64,000 bases of DNA from Candidatus Poribacteria bacterium (GCA_965198175.1 OZ240245.1:2176001-2240000), one strand, 5' to 3'; positions 36,371-47,691 are shown, counted from the stretch's first letter. Translations and numbers: made by a program. The notes: generated by a model not told the origin, from the sequence alone.

Positions 36371-37579
36371 ATGCCTCTCCTACAGAGTTTTGAAACCATG
36401 GGTCGAAGAACAACAAGAACAGTGTTTACGGCTGCCTTGTGTTTGATAGTGTTTGCAATCACGAACTTGAGTCAAGCAGATGAAAATAATTCTCACTTGG
36501 AGTATGTCGACCGCCTACAAGTGGGGTTCATACGGCTGTTCCAGGGAGATAACCCCGGCGCCATAGAGGCGTTTGAGAAAGCGCTGGAAATCGAACCTAA
36601 TCACTATGAGATTCACCACTACCTTGGAATGACCTATGCAGATAACGATTTCCGGAATAGGGCGGTGGCGGCTTACCGCCGATCTCTGGAACTGATGCCA
36701 GATAATGTAGCGGTGTTGTACTCACTTGCAAAGGCCTATTACAAACTTGGTGAATGGGCAAAAATGTCGGCGACCCTTCAACAGAGCATCGCTCGTTCGC
36801 CCATGGATGCTCGGGGTTATGAGTTGCTTGGAAAAGCCCAAGTCAAGCTACGACAGTTTGCCGTGGCGACAAAGACGCTAAAGCAGGCCATGGAGTTGAA
36901 TCCCACGGCGCCGGAAATCTACTATGAACTGGGAACTGCTTATCTCAATCAGAAAAAATTTAAGGAGGCCATCCCGTACTTCAAAAAAGCCCTCCAATTC
37001 GGGCATCGAAGTGCTCAACCGTATCACGGCCTAGGTATAGCCTATTTTCGTATGGGAAAGCGGGAAGAGGGAAAAACCCACATGCTTCGATTTCGACAGT
37101 TAGATGAAGAATTAGCAGAATTTCACCGACTGTCACGGCTCACACGCGTGGAACCGAACAATATTGAGGGCTGGGCAGGATTGGGGATGCTGTTGATGCA
37201 CCAGAAGAACTATGCAAAGGCGGTACCTGTGCTTCAAAAATGTATTCAACTGTCACCCGAAAACACTTCCTTCTATTTCGGACTTAGCCGAGCTTTACTT
37301 AACCTAGGGCAGCCTGAACCAGCACGCAATGCGGTCCGCTATGCCATTCAACTTAAACCGCATGAAGCGATTCTATACGACACACTTGGCAATACCTATG
37401 CTATGCAAAACGATATACCTAACGCTATTAAGGCGGTTCTCAAAGCCGTCGAACTCGATCCGGAATTCCCTTACTATTATCTCAATCTCGCGAAGCTATA
37501 CAAACAGATGGGCCAACAAAATCGTGCTGAAGAACACTACCAGTTGTACGAACACTTTAAAAGAAAAACATCACGATGA
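36371..37579 (+). CDS. Secreted TPR-repeat protein
   Basis: Signal peptide; about 9-10 TPR units (AIEAFEKALEIEP, AIPYFKKAL, KAVELDP). Confidence 0.9.
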   Translation: MPLLQSFETMGRRTTRTVFTAALCLIVFAITNLSQADENNSHLEYVDRLQVGFIRLFQGDNPGAIEAFEKALEIEPNHYEIHHYLGMTYADNDFRNRAVAAYRRSLELMPDNVAVLYSLAKAYYKLGEWAKMSATLQQSIARSPMDARGYELLGKAQVKLRQFAVATKTLKQAMELNPTAPEIYYELGTAYLNQKKFKEAIPYFKKALQFGHRSAQPYHGLGIAYFRMGKREEGKTHMLRFRQLDEELAEFHRLSRLTRVEPNNIEGWAGLGMLLMHQKNYAKAVPVLQKCIQLSPENTSFYFGLSRALLNLGQPEPARNAVRYAIQLKPHEAILYDTLGNTYAMQNDIPNAIKAVLKAVELDPEFPYYYLNLAKLYKQMGQQNRAEEHYQLYEHFKRKTSR

Positions 37580-38412
37580 TGCAAGGTACACAACCGCTTT
37601 TACTCAACTTCGGAATCATTCTCATGGTCGCAACGCAATCTCTCGCTGCAGAAGAGAGCGTGAAACACATTCCTGCCGGCGTATTTACGATGGGAATGGA
37701 ATCCCGTGGTCCAAACGAAAAACCCGCCCACAAGGTAGAGCTCGATGCCTACTATATCGGTAAATATGAGGTGACAAATCAGGAGTATTACCGCTTCTGG
37801 CAGGCGACCGGTAAACACACGCCAGAGAGCTTCCCGGATGACTATGGTATCGGTGCATGGCCCGGGCGGGCACTGAAGTATCCGGATTATCCCGTAGTCG
37901 GGGTTTCCTGGTATGACGCGGTCGCTTATGCTAAATGGGTCGGCATGCGGTTACCTACAGAAGCGGAATGGGAAAAGGCCGCACGGGGCGGCACCAATCG
38001 ACGCTGGCCATGGGGCAATTCACTCCACCCTTATGCCAACACGTGGAACGGTGAAGATGGATACGATAACGGCATCGCACCGGTTGGCAGCTACCCAGAG
38101 GGAAAGAGTGACTACGGTGTGATGGACTTGGCTGGCAACGTTTGGGAATGGACAGCCGATTGGTATAGCGATACCTATTACCCCACCAGCCCCAAGCGCA
38201 ATCCCAAGGGACCAGAGATGGGAAGCTGGCGGGTGATTCGCGGCGGTTCATGGATAGACAATATCAATCTGTGTGAAACCACGGTTCGACTCCAGTTTTA
38301 TCCGGGGCTCAGTACTTCCTTCATCGGTTTTCGGCTCGCCCAGACAGCTGAACCCTGCCCTTCCTCGGAGAAATGTAAGACGCAATCCGTCAACCCCGGC
38401 CCCCAAAAATGA
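37576..38412 (+). CDS. FGE-sulfatase (SUMF1/EgtB/PvdO) domain protein
   Basis: FTMG, EVTN, PVVGVSWYDA, RLPTEAEWEKAARG, DLAGNVWEW, RVIRGGSW, GFR; the catalytic Cys pair of true FGE is not seen. Confidence 0.92.
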   Translation: MMQGTQPLLLNFGIILMVATQSLAAEESVKHIPAGVFTMGMESRGPNEKPAHKVELDAYYIGKYEVTNQEYYRFWQATGKHTPESFPDDYGIGAWPGRALKYPDYPVVGVSWYDAVAYAKWVGMRLPTEAEWEKAARGGTNRRWPWGNSLHPYANTWNGEDGYDNGIAPVGSYPEGKSDYGVMDLAGNVWEWTADWYSDTYYPTSPKRNPKGPEMGSWRVIRGGSWIDNINLCETTVRLQFYPGLSTSFIGFRLAQTAEPCPSSEKCKTQSVNPGPQK

Positions 38413-38537
38413 AGCCATGAACAGCCTAACTTCATTAGACTTGCCTAGTCCACAAATTTTGGGATTTCATAATGCTTCTATCATTTTCTTCCTGTACAGA
38501 CCTAATCTACACCTGGAAATTACAAGTAGTAACCTGC

Positions 38538-40193
38538 ATGAGGATAACCCCCGTCCAATCTCAACTTCTACCCACCGTTGTCCTCGTACTGGTCGCTATG
38601 AACAGTTTTGCCGATCTGCCCTCTGTGTTCGTGGATGTGACTGAGGAAGTCGGCATCCACTTCAAACACACCAATGGCAAGATCGACCGTTGGCATGTCA
38701 TCGAAACTATGGGGTCTGGCGCCGTCTTCTTCGATTATGACAACGATGATCGGCTCGATCTTTATGTCGTCAATAGTGGATATGTACCAGGCACGACTCA
38801 GAAACCTTCGCCTGGAAATATGTTATATCGCAACGATGGGAATGGTGGCTTTACCGATGTCACCACCGCTTCAGGGACAGGAGATACCAGATATGGGATG
38901 GCAGCGGCAACCGCTGACTATGATAACGATGGAGATCAGGATTTGTACGTCGCCAACTTTGGCGCAGATGTGCTTTACCGCAACAACGGAGATGGCACCT
39001 TTACCGATGTCACTGAAGCGGCGGGCATCAATAATGAACTCTGGGGCGTAGCAGTTTGCTATCTAGATTTCGATCTAGATAGCGATTTGGACATCTTTGT
39101 CGTCAACTACGTAGTGTACGATCTGTCGATGCCCCCTTATATTACCTATAAGGGCGTGGTTGGCTATGGTCCCCCACGTACCTACGAAGGAACGCCAGAT
39201 GTGCTTTACCGAAACAATGGGGATGGCACTTTTACCGATGTTTCACAGCAAGCCGGTGTCTCAAATCCGGTCGAAGGACGAGGTATGAGCGGGGTGGTAT
39301 GTGACTACGATAACGATGGTTGGCCGGATATTTATGTTCCCAATGACACCAACCGGAACTTTCTGTATCATAACGATGGGGATGGGACGTTTACAGACGT
39401 AAGTTTATTTAACGGTACGGGATATGATGAAAACGGCATTGCTGAGGGATCTATGGGCGCGGACTGTGGGGATTATAACGCGGATGGATGGTTAGATTTG
39501 CTAATCGCCAATTCGGAAACGGCGACCCTCTACAAAAATGATCGGGATGGCGGATTTACCGACGAGACCGCCGCTGCGGGCCTGCGAGAGGCTACCTATC
39601 TATTTGTGGGTTTCAGCGCGCTATTCCTGGATTATGATAATGACGGACATCTCGATATTTTCTCTGCGAACGGGCATCCGCAAGCGATTATCGAACAACT
39701 GACCGATGAAGAGACCTACGCGCAAAAAGATCAACTGTTTCGCCATAATGGAGATGGAACGTACATGGAGGTGTCAGCAACTTCTGGAGCATATTTCTCG
39801 GAGGCGTTTGTGGGGCGGGCAACTGCCAGCGGGGACTATGACAATGATGGAGATACGGATATTTTTATTGTGAATTCCAACCAGCGCGCGATTCTGCTTC
39901 GCAACGATGGGAACGATCGGCATAACTGGATTCGCATCAAGCTGGTGGGCGCCCGCAGCAATCGGGATGGCATCGGCGCGCGAGTCCAGGTTACAACGGG
40001 TGGAAGAAGTCAGATTGCCGAGGTGAAGAGTGGTTCTAGTTACGCTTCCGGTAGCGATAAGCGTCTGCTGTTCGGTTTAGAAACGCATCGTCGAGTAGAT
40101 CAGCTTGAGATTCGGTGGCCAAGCGGGATAGTCCAGCGTCTCACGAGTATTCGTTGTAACAAAACCGTTACCGTCGTTGAGCGTGGATCTTAA
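38538..40193 (+). CDS. CRTAC1-family FG-GAP repeat protein with ASPIC/UnbV domain
   Basis: ETMGSG, repeated DYDNDGD.D, SNRDGIGARV, FGL..IRWPSG. The start is uncertain (ORF open from 38472). Confidence 0.92.
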   Translation: MRITPVQSQLLPTVVLVLVAMNSFADLPSVFVDVTEEVGIHFKHTNGKIDRWHVIETMGSGAVFFDYDNDDRLDLYVVNSGYVPGTTQKPSPGNMLYRNDGNGGFTDVTTASGTGDTRYGMAAATADYDNDGDQDLYVANFGADVLYRNNGDGTFTDVTEAAGINNELWGVAVCYLDFDLDSDLDIFVVNYVVYDLSMPPYITYKGVVGYGPPRTYEGTPDVLYRNNGDGTFTDVSQQAGVSNPVEGRGMSGVVCDYDNDGWPDIYVPNDTNRNFLYHNDGDGTFTDVSLFNGTGYDENGIAEGSMGADCGDYNADGWLDLLIANSETATLYKNDRDGGFTDETAAAGLREATYLFVGFSALFLDYDNDGHLDIFSANGHPQAIIEQLTDEETYAQKDQLFRHNGDGTYMEVSATSGAYFSEAFVGRATASGDYDNDGDTDIFIVNSNQRAILLRNDGNDRHNWIRIKLVGARSNRDGIGARVQVTTGGRSQIAEVKSGSSYASGSDKRLLFGLETHRRVDQLEIRWPSGIVQRLTSIRCNKTVTVVERGS

Positions 40194-40794
40194 CAAAACG
40201 CCTAAAGTTCCACCGAATCAGCTAGCCCAATCTGTTGCGCCGTTTTGCCGTCGAACGGTTCTTTGCGCAACATAAGCCACTCAGCCTTCTGCAAGCCAAT
40301 CACATCAATTAACTGGAAACGCCCCAAGGAGATGACTAACCATAGCTACTTCTGGCAAGTCGGTATTCACCTCGCGAGCAGCAAGATGGAGGTTTTAGTA
40401 AACACCCAAGAAAAGCCCACCGCCTAGGACATACCTACGGCATGCAGCCGCAGCACAGTGACCTGTAGTAACGACTCTAGTTGAATGAAGACCCGTCCGT
40501 GCTCAGCTTCAAACTCGGTCACTTGTTGAATAAACATTCGTCAACTCCTTCAAATCATTGCCCGCTGAATACGATTGCTTGCTGCCCTAAGTCACAAACA
40601 CCACTGCCTCTGAGGACTGGTACACTTTATGCGGCACCTTGTCGAACTCGACTAACATCGCTTGATTGATGGTGTTGAAGAACTCCAGGACGACACCGTG
40701 TGAGCTTGGCGACCCGATTACAAAATTCTAGTTTAACTCGTGGCATCGTACATACAGCCTACTGGACAGTGGCTATGGGTGAGGCAAACCCACA

Positions 40795-41160
40795 TCAGCG
40801 GCACATAATTGATTCAACTTCTGGCAGAACAGCTGAAACGGCAGCTTGATCCACCTTTGCAGCAACACTATCATAGCCGGCTGTACGGATCATTTCTACT
40901 AGATGCTGTCCAAGCTGTTTAATTGTCCAGTTGATTGGATCCAGTGTGGCGTTTTTGTTCATAGGGTATACATCGTTCTGCCCCGATGGAGCATAGTGAT
41001 AATGGGGATTTTTACGGAAGCAGTCGAATCGTAGCAGTTGCACTGATGTGCCATCAACATTACCAAAAACTCTAACAGCCGGACCTCTGTTATCATCCAG
41101 TCCGCGGTTTTCAACGTGAAGTTCAATCCCACCAACATGGAAAACTTTTCCCTGACCCAT
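40795..41160 (-). CDS. Hypothetical protein
   Basis: GGAGG RBS; LLRFDCF..PHYHY motif. Confidence 0.7.
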   Translation of the reverse strand: MGQGKVFHVGGIELHVENRGLDDNRGPAVRVFGNVDGTSVQLLRFDCFRKNPHYHYAPSGQNDVYPMNKNATLDPINWTIKQLGQHLVEMIRTAGYDSVAAKVDQAAVSAVLPEVESIMCR

Positions 41161-41302
41161 ATCTCTACCCTCCTGGATTGTGAGTGTTCAGTTTTCGGAC
41201 ATTGAAAAGTCAGATTTCACAGAACCTGTTAGATCTTAACTCGCTGATTATTGTAACACTTTCAGATAAAATACACAATTGCCATAACTGACGTGAATCC
41301 TC

Positions 41303-41331
41303 TTGACAGAGCATCAGCCAACGAGTAAAAT
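41303..41331 (+). promoter_or_regulatory. Sigma-70 promoter
   Basis: TTGACA-N17-TAAAAT. Confidence 0.6.
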
Positions 41332-41527
41332 ATCCAAGATCCGTCTTGTAATTTAATCCGGGTAGCTTGTTAAGTCGAGGCTTCTGCAAGCTTTCAACCA
41401 CCTAATCATAGCTCGCTAGCTAGAGATGATTGGGTACCTATCATACGTAAAAGAATCAAGTTTTGTACCGATAGATAAAGTTAACCTACGTGGGACTTAA
41501 ACTACCGTAAGGAGGTATACCTAAACT

Positions 41528-42781
41528 ATGAACGCTTATTGCACTTGCTTAAATCCCTTCTTAAAAATTACTAGTTATTTAACAATCATGTTGTGGCTGT
41601 TGATAGTGCCCGGGCTAGATGGTATCGCCGCATCAAAGCGAGTCGCCGTCTTGTACTTTGAAGATCACAGTCGTTTCGATTCTGCGACCGGCTGCGGTTG
41701 CATCCCAAATCCGTTTGGGCTTTTCGGCACCGGAAAGGGGCGAACAAAGTGGAATCTCAAGGAGGGATTCCCAGAGCTGTTGAACCGAAAACTTAAACAG
41801 ACACAGGTCTACGAACCTATTTCCGATGAGGAAGTTAAAGATGCCATGGCGCAGCTGGGATTATCATTAAAAGCCGTTCGATCCAACGCTGAGAAGCGGG
41901 AACAGTTGGCTAAAGCGCTGAACGTGGAAGCGTTCATTGTGGGTAACATCCGGAAGTTCAACCAAGAGAGAGCCAAGGCAACGCGTTTTCAGACACTCAA
42001 GGGGAGAGGAGGCGGGTTTAATATGGCGGCAGGGTTCGTCGGCGGCGCACAGCTTATAGGATATTATTATAGTGCTACCGTTCACCTGAAAATGAAATTC
42101 TACGGCAGTTCCGGGGATGAAATTGCAAAGCGCAAAATTGCTGCGACCAAAAGGCACCAGCTTGGTGGAGCCAAGTTCGCCGCCTTAGAAGCTGTGGTAA
42201 GCGAACAGGGAACTGAGCTCCAACTTGGACAGATGCCGAATCGCCAAAAAAAACCTCGCCCAATCGTTAGTTATGCGAAGCTAAATCAGATAAAGTTTGC
42301 TAGCCCAGAATACGATCTAACCTTATTCGGTCTTGCTACTGACGACGCCTTAACGAAGGTGGTATTGGCATTGCGCGATACCATTGGTCCTGAATTCATC
42401 ATGCCGGGAACCACAGTTTCGCAGAAAGGTGAGGGAACATCAAGTCCATCTTCGGGCGAATCCCCCCGTCGCCTTAGAGCAAAGGTTCTTTACGTTAATC
42501 CAGACGATCCAGCAGATGCGTATATTAACGTCGGTTCTTCCAAGGGAATTCTGGTAAGGCAGCAGCTGGCAGTCTATACTGACGGTGAGCCGCTAATCGA
42601 TCCAGACACAGAAGAAGTGCTTGGTAATGTCCCCAAAATGATTGGTAAAGTCGAAGTTGTTGAAGTCAAAACCGATCGGCTTTCCCGAGTCCGCGTCATC
42701 GAAGGTTTGGGTGTAATCAAGAAAGGAGATAAGGTCGAAGAAACAGAGCCCCCACTATCGGGTACCCAGGTGCAGAATTAG
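41528..42781 (+). CDS. Exported protein, CsgG/TolB-N-like domain plus FlgT-C-like domain
   Basis: RVAVLYFED, LNVEAFIVGNI, YINVGSSKGI..LIDPDTEEVLG..GKVEV..KGDKV. Confidence 0.65.
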   Translation: MNAYCTCLNPFLKITSYLTIMLWLLIVPGLDGIAASKRVAVLYFEDHSRFDSATGCGCIPNPFGLFGTGKGRTKWNLKEGFPELLNRKLKQTQVYEPISDEEVKDAMAQLGLSLKAVRSNAEKREQLAKALNVEAFIVGNIRKFNQERAKATRFQTLKGRGGGFNMAAGFVGGAQLIGYYYSATVHLKMKFYGSSGDEIAKRKIAATKRHQLGGAKFAALEAVVSEQGTELQLGQMPNRQKKPRPIVSYAKLNQIKFASPEYDLTLFGLATDDALTKVVLALRDTIGPEFIMPGTTVSQKGEGTSSPSSGESPRRLRAKVLYVNPDDPADAYINVGSSKGILVRQQLAVYTDGEPLIDPDTEEVLGNVPKMIGKVEVVEVKTDRLSRVRVIEGLGVIKKGDKVEETEPPLSGTQVQN

Positions 42782-42816
42782 GTCTGGTATTCGCGGCGAA
42801 GCTAGCGGAGGAAAAG

Positions 42817-43848
42817 ATGATTTGCAAAATAAGAATCATTCTTGTTGCTGTTTATTTCCTTACAGCTATAATTAGTTATGGTAGCGAAAGTAATCAACAG
42901 CAGACAAATGGAAAAAGCATTAAAATTGGACTGTCAATGGACTCGTTGCGAGTTGAACGTTGGCGGAAAGATCGAGACATCTTCAAAAAGCGTGCAGAGG
43001 AATTAGGCGCAGAGGTGATTGTGCAGCACGCCGACGGGGACGCCCGAAGGCAAAATGAGCAAGCGGAGAACATGATTACACAGGGCGTTGATGTGTTGGT
43101 TGTGATCCCGAAAGATGGAGTTGCCGCGGCACAGATTGTTGAAGCCGCTCACAAGGAAGGAATCAAGGTCTTAGCTTATGATCGTTTGATTATGAAAAGT
43201 GATGTAGATCTTTATATCTCCTTTGACAACGAGCAGGTCGGTTATTTACAGGCGGAGTACATTGCACGTAGAATTCCTAAGGGAAACTACTTTTTGCTGG
43301 GGGGCGCCCCTACAGACAACAACGCACATCTTCTACGAAAGGGGCAGATGCGGGCACTACAACCACTAATCGATTCCAAAGACATCAATATAGTTGCAAC
43401 GCAATGGGCAATTGATTGGGACGCCCGAGATGCACTGAAAAAAACAGAGCAGGTTTTGACACGTTATAATAACCGCATTGATGCAGTTGTTGCTTCTAAC
43501 GACGGTACTGCAGGTGGGGTTATCCAAGCGCTTGATGCGCAAAAGCTAGCGGGTAAAGTGCTTGTTTCTGGGCAAGATGCAGAGAAAGCTGCGTGCCAGC
43601 GCATTCTTGAAGGGACACAAGCGATGACCGTTTACAAACCGATACACCTAATCGCTACAGCAGCCGCAGAAGCGGCAGTCGCACTTGCGAAAGGCGATGT
43701 GATTCCGCAGGCAACACAGACGGTGAATAATGAAAAAACGGCTGTTCCTTCTATTCTCTTAATCCCGATCCAAGTGGATAAAGATAATCTTGATGTGGTC
43801 ATCGAAGATGGGTTTCACAAACGAGAAGAAATCTACAAGACGAAGTAG
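42817..43848 (+). CDS. xylF: D-xylose ABC transporter substrate-binding protein
   Basis: IGLSMDSLRVERW.KDRD, AYDRLI, ISFDN, PTDNNA, ASNDGTAGG, SGQDA, TVYKPI. Confidence 0.88.
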   Translation: MICKIRIILVAVYFLTAIISYGSESNQQQTNGKSIKIGLSMDSLRVERWRKDRDIFKKRAEELGAEVIVQHADGDARRQNEQAENMITQGVDVLVVIPKDGVAAAQIVEAAHKEGIKVLAYDRLIMKSDVDLYISFDNEQVGYLQAEYIARRIPKGNYFLLGGAPTDNNAHLLRKGQMRALQPLIDSKDINIVATQWAIDWDARDALKKTEQVLTRYNNRIDAVVASNDGTAGGVIQALDAQKLAGKVLVSGQDAEKAACQRILEGTQAMTVYKPIHLIATAAAEAAVALAKGDVIPQATQTVNNEKTAVPSILLIPIQVDKDNLDVVIEDGFHKREEIYKTK

Positions 43849-44294
43849 AGCCGTTCGAAACGCCGCTACTTCCAATGAAACCACAGGAGGAGTGGTCGAT
43901 ATTACATAGTTTGAATACCGCTGAATTGACAGCATCTTGCCTATTGAATGCTTTAGCACGCTGTAATTGGCGCGACGACTGGATTTTTTTGCAAGTAATT
44001 TATAGGGACGCTTAGCTACGTTTCTCGGATCTCTAGGACACAGAAAGCTGATTAACGTACAAAGCATTGGCCATATCCGAATTGAAACTGTCCGACGTAA
44101 AGACAGGCAGCTTCACAAACATGTCCTCTACCGTACCTAGAACCATGCTGATGCTTAAAACGGTGACCGATGCAAGTTCGTTGTCATGAAATTTGAGAAC
44201 CGTGAGGATATTTGCGCCGTTTGGGCAACCCCATTGACCGACGCAATGATGTCGTGATTCGCATTGAAATCCCGCAATTCTAAAAGGATTTAGC

Positions 44295-44759
44295 ATGGAT
44301 TATGATCCTTATTTCATACACATTAGCCTTTCGTCGCTCACTATATGGATATTTACCAAGCGCTCCGCGCTACGCTGGGGCAGTGGAATAGGTTGGTTTG
44401 CAGGTCTAGCATCTAGGGTGGATATCTTTATCGCATACTACCTCATTGTGTCTGCGGTGGGTGCAAGTGTCCTCTTGGTAATCCGTTGGGTTATCGCCAA
44501 AAAGAGCTACACGAGTATTAGGCTCATTTGGAACGAAGGACTCAAGCGAGTGCTATTACTCTTGTCCATTGTTGCTGGATTCATTTCTGCATTTTATATG
44601 TCAGCCGAAAATTCTAAATATTCATTTTCACTCTTTCTCACAGGTGCCCTGTTTACGCCTCTATCAATATACGCTGGCGTGTATTGCGCAGGAGTAGTAA
44701 TTATTCACTTAACTCGCTGGATTGCAGCTGGTTTCAAATCCAGCAACTCCAACAATTAA
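44295..44759 (+). CDS. Hypothetical membrane protein
   Basis: 154 aa with about 5 hydrophobic segments. Confidence 0.5.
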   Translation: MDYDPYFIHISLSSLTIWIFTKRSALRWGSGIGWFAGLASRVDIFIAYYLIVSAVGASVLLVIRWVIAKKSYTSIRLIWNEGLKRVLLLLSIVAGFISAFYMSAENSKYSFSLFLTGALFTPLSIYAGVYCAGVVIIHLTRWIAAGFKSSNSNN

Positions 44760-45653
44760 CCACTACTCTGGGGGAGGTTAACTTACCACCCCCTTTGTGG
44801 CAGGAGAGATGGAGATTTGTTTGAATGTACCACACAAGGTAGTGGGGTAAGGTGTAACTTCAATTGAATTGCCCGTTAATCTCAATTTGGTGGCGCGCCA
44901 TCTCTCGCCGCCACCATTATGGTGGAGGGGGTAGAAGTTGGTACTACTACAATGCGCGGCTTCTATCTAGCCCACTACCGCCGCCACCAATCAAACAAAG
45001 GAAAATTATAAATGTAAACTGAGTTCAAGCTGAACCTCCTAAAACACGACAATGGATGTCGTATAGATATTCACTATTTCGATTCTGATTACGATGATGT
45101 TGTGAATGACTTTATTCAAACCGAGAAAGCATCCCCTATAGTACAAACGGTGGGAGTTAGTGCAGTGCAAGGAGTAACTTGGCGTTTGTATTGTGTCTCA
45201 GCAGCCTGATGAAATAGACCGCCCCCACATCGTACTATGTCGTACGGGCCTGCTGCTCACGGTTTCATTAAAGTGTCCAACCAATGACAAGTTTCAGCTA
45301 ATGCCTTTCAAGCATCACATGTCTACGAAATGTCTCCACGCGATATGAGTTTATCAAGCGATTTCACGCCGGCGAATTTGGCGATCTGCTTGATTGGTGC
45401 GGTCAATTTAGTCTGATAGCTCGACTCCGGCTGCTTGAAATACACCTCAAAAACTGCACGAACAAAAATCCTTCCCACGACCGATTCTCAGCGCCGAGGT
45501 AGTGTTAAATCGTCAGATTTGTGTATCATGCCTGTGTCTCTACGCAAGAAAGGGACGGTTGGAATTCCATTAATGTAACAGGCTTTTCAGTTAGAACTGA
45601 TATACACGCTGCCACTTCGGCGGATTATACAATTGACACAAGAGATGTAATTT

Positions 45654-47342
45654 ATGATATTTGAACGCATAGACAGACAACCTGTACCGCGGACAATATT
45701 TCTCATTTGTATTCTGAACCTCTCCATGTGCATACAAGAGCCACCTCCTGCGGATGCGCTTCCTGAGTTTGTCGAGATAACTAAGACGGCAGGAATTGAC
45801 TTTGTCCACAATACAGGCGCCTTTGGGAAAAAGTACCTTCCGGAAACGATGGGTTCCGGTTGCGCATTCATTGACTATAACAACGATGGTTGGAGCGATA
45901 TTGTGTTGCTGACCTGCAAAGATTGGACAGGATACCCGACCGGAAAGCGTCAATCAATGGCGCTCTATCGAAACAATCACGACGGGACTTTTGCGGATGT
46001 CACAAAGAGCGCTGGGTTAGCCGTTGAGTTGTACGGAATAGGCGTCGCGGCTGCTGACTACGATAACGATGGCGATGACGATCTCTATGTCAGTTGTCTT
46101 GAGGCGGATCGGTTGTTCCAAAATCAGGGCGATGCAACCTTTGTTGATGTAACGAAGCAGGCGGGCATTCATAATCCTAGCTTCGGAACCAGTTGTGCAT
46201 GGTTCGACTATGACAAGGACGGCAATCTAGACTTGTACGTTGCTAATTATGTGGAATGGACCATCGAAACCGATATTTTCTGCACGTTAGATGGCACAAA
46301 CAAAGCATACTGTACGCCCGAATCTTATCATGGGCAGTCGAGCCGGTTATTTAGAAACCGTGGCGATGGCACCTTCGTTGATGTTTCACGGATTTCTCGG
46401 ATTGAAGATCGGACCAGCAAATCACTAGGGGTCTGCATCTTCGATTACAATTCTGATGGATTGCCCGATATTTTCGAGGCGAATGATACACAACCCAATA
46501 AACTCTATCACAACAATGGCGACGGAACTTTTATCGAAACAGGACTCAACGTGGGCATCGCCTATAGCGAGAATGGGGTTGCAACCGGCGCAATGGGAAT
46601 TGATGCTGGAGACTATGATGGAAGCGGCAGAGAAAGTCTGGTGATTGGCAATTTTTCTAATGAGATGATGAATCTCTACCATAATGAGGGGGAGATTTTT
46701 ATTGATGACGCGCCCATTGCCAACATCGGAAATGCGAGCCTATTGACACTCACATTTGGGTGTTTCTTTTTTGATTTTGACCTTGATGGAAGGCTTGACA
46801 TTTTTGCCGCGAACGGACACGTTGAAAATGAAATCAACGCCGTACAGAGTGAGGTTACTTACGCACAGGTTCCTCACCTGTTTCGCAACACCGGTGACGG
46901 AAAGTTCCAGGACGTCGCGCTGAAGATCGGCACTGACCTTGCAAACCCGATTGTCGGACGTGGTGCAGCGTACGGAGACATCGACAACGATGGCGATTGG
47001 GATATCCTGGTCACGACTTCTAATGGGCTTGCCCATTTATATCGCAACGACGGAGGAAATCAGAATCACTGGATAAAACTGAAATTGATTGGATCCAAAA
47101 GCAATCGAAACGGTATCGGTGCAAGGGTTACGATAACGTCGAAATCTGGCACGCAGACGCGAACATTGAAAAGCGGTTGCAGTTATTGTTCACAGAGCGA
47201 GCTGTCGCTAATCTTTGGAATTGGACAAACTCCCCGAATTGACATGATTGAGGTGAATTGGCCCAGCGGGGTTGTCGATCGACTCGTTAACATAAATGCG
47301 AATCAACTTCTTGTTGTTGAAGAAGGGAAGACCAATGAGTGA
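45654..47342 (+). CDS. CRTAC1-family FG-GAP / ASPIC-UnbV protein
   Basis: KKYLPETMGSG, DYDNDGD repeats, GRGAAYGDIDNDGD, SNRNGIGARV, VNWPSG. Confidence 0.92.
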   Translation: MIFERIDRQPVPRTIFLICILNLSMCIQEPPPADALPEFVEITKTAGIDFVHNTGAFGKKYLPETMGSGCAFIDYNNDGWSDIVLLTCKDWTGYPTGKRQSMALYRNNHDGTFADVTKSAGLAVELYGIGVAAADYDNDGDDDLYVSCLEADRLFQNQGDATFVDVTKQAGIHNPSFGTSCAWFDYDKDGNLDLYVANYVEWTIETDIFCTLDGTNKAYCTPESYHGQSSRLFRNRGDGTFVDVSRISRIEDRTSKSLGVCIFDYNSDGLPDIFEANDTQPNKLYHNNGDGTFIETGLNVGIAYSENGVATGAMGIDAGDYDGSGRESLVIGNFSNEMMNLYHNEGEIFIDDAPIANIGNASLLTLTFGCFFFDFDLDGRLDIFAANGHVENEINAVQSEVTYAQVPHLFRNTGDGKFQDVALKIGTDLANPIVGRGAAYGDIDNDGDWDILVTTSNGLAHLYRNDGGNQNHWIKLKLIGSKSNRNGIGARVTITSKSGTQTRTLKSGCSYCSQSELSLIFGIGQTPRIDMIEVNWPSGVVDRLVNINANQLLVVEEGKTNE

Positions 47343-47607
47343 TATCCAGAAGCATTTGCCTCCGATGCACCACCTCGCCTGCTTTGATAGCGCAAGCGTA
47401 TCACTCCACACCTAGCTTTGATCGCTTCTCAACCTTGTGGAGGGATTTCTGCGTTCATCCCTTTCGACGATCAAATCCTATCCGTACAGACTCTTTCGGT
47501 AGTGCAGGGCATATCAGCGCACCTTGTCTCGGACTTGGATTCCTAATCCAGTGCCCAGCCTTCGATTTTTCCCCTTGGCGCCTTATTTCTACGAGAGAAT
47601 AAGTTCC

Positions 47608-47635
47608 TAAACCTCACCCCACCTGCTGCGTCTAA
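47608..47635 (+). promoter_or_regulatory. Possible ECF-sigma promoter of the T2SS cluster
   Basis: TAAAC-N16-CGTCTAA. Confidence 0.35.
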
Positions 47636-47691
47636 ACAGAGCAATCCGGACCTAGGTAAGCACTGAGAACGGGGTAGAAAGGACGCAACAA

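Noticed and set aside
37576..38412. FGE-sulfatase (CLec-fold) gene as a diversity-generating retroelement target
   Set aside because: No reverse transcriptase in the window, and I found no second copy of its 3' end differing at adenines.
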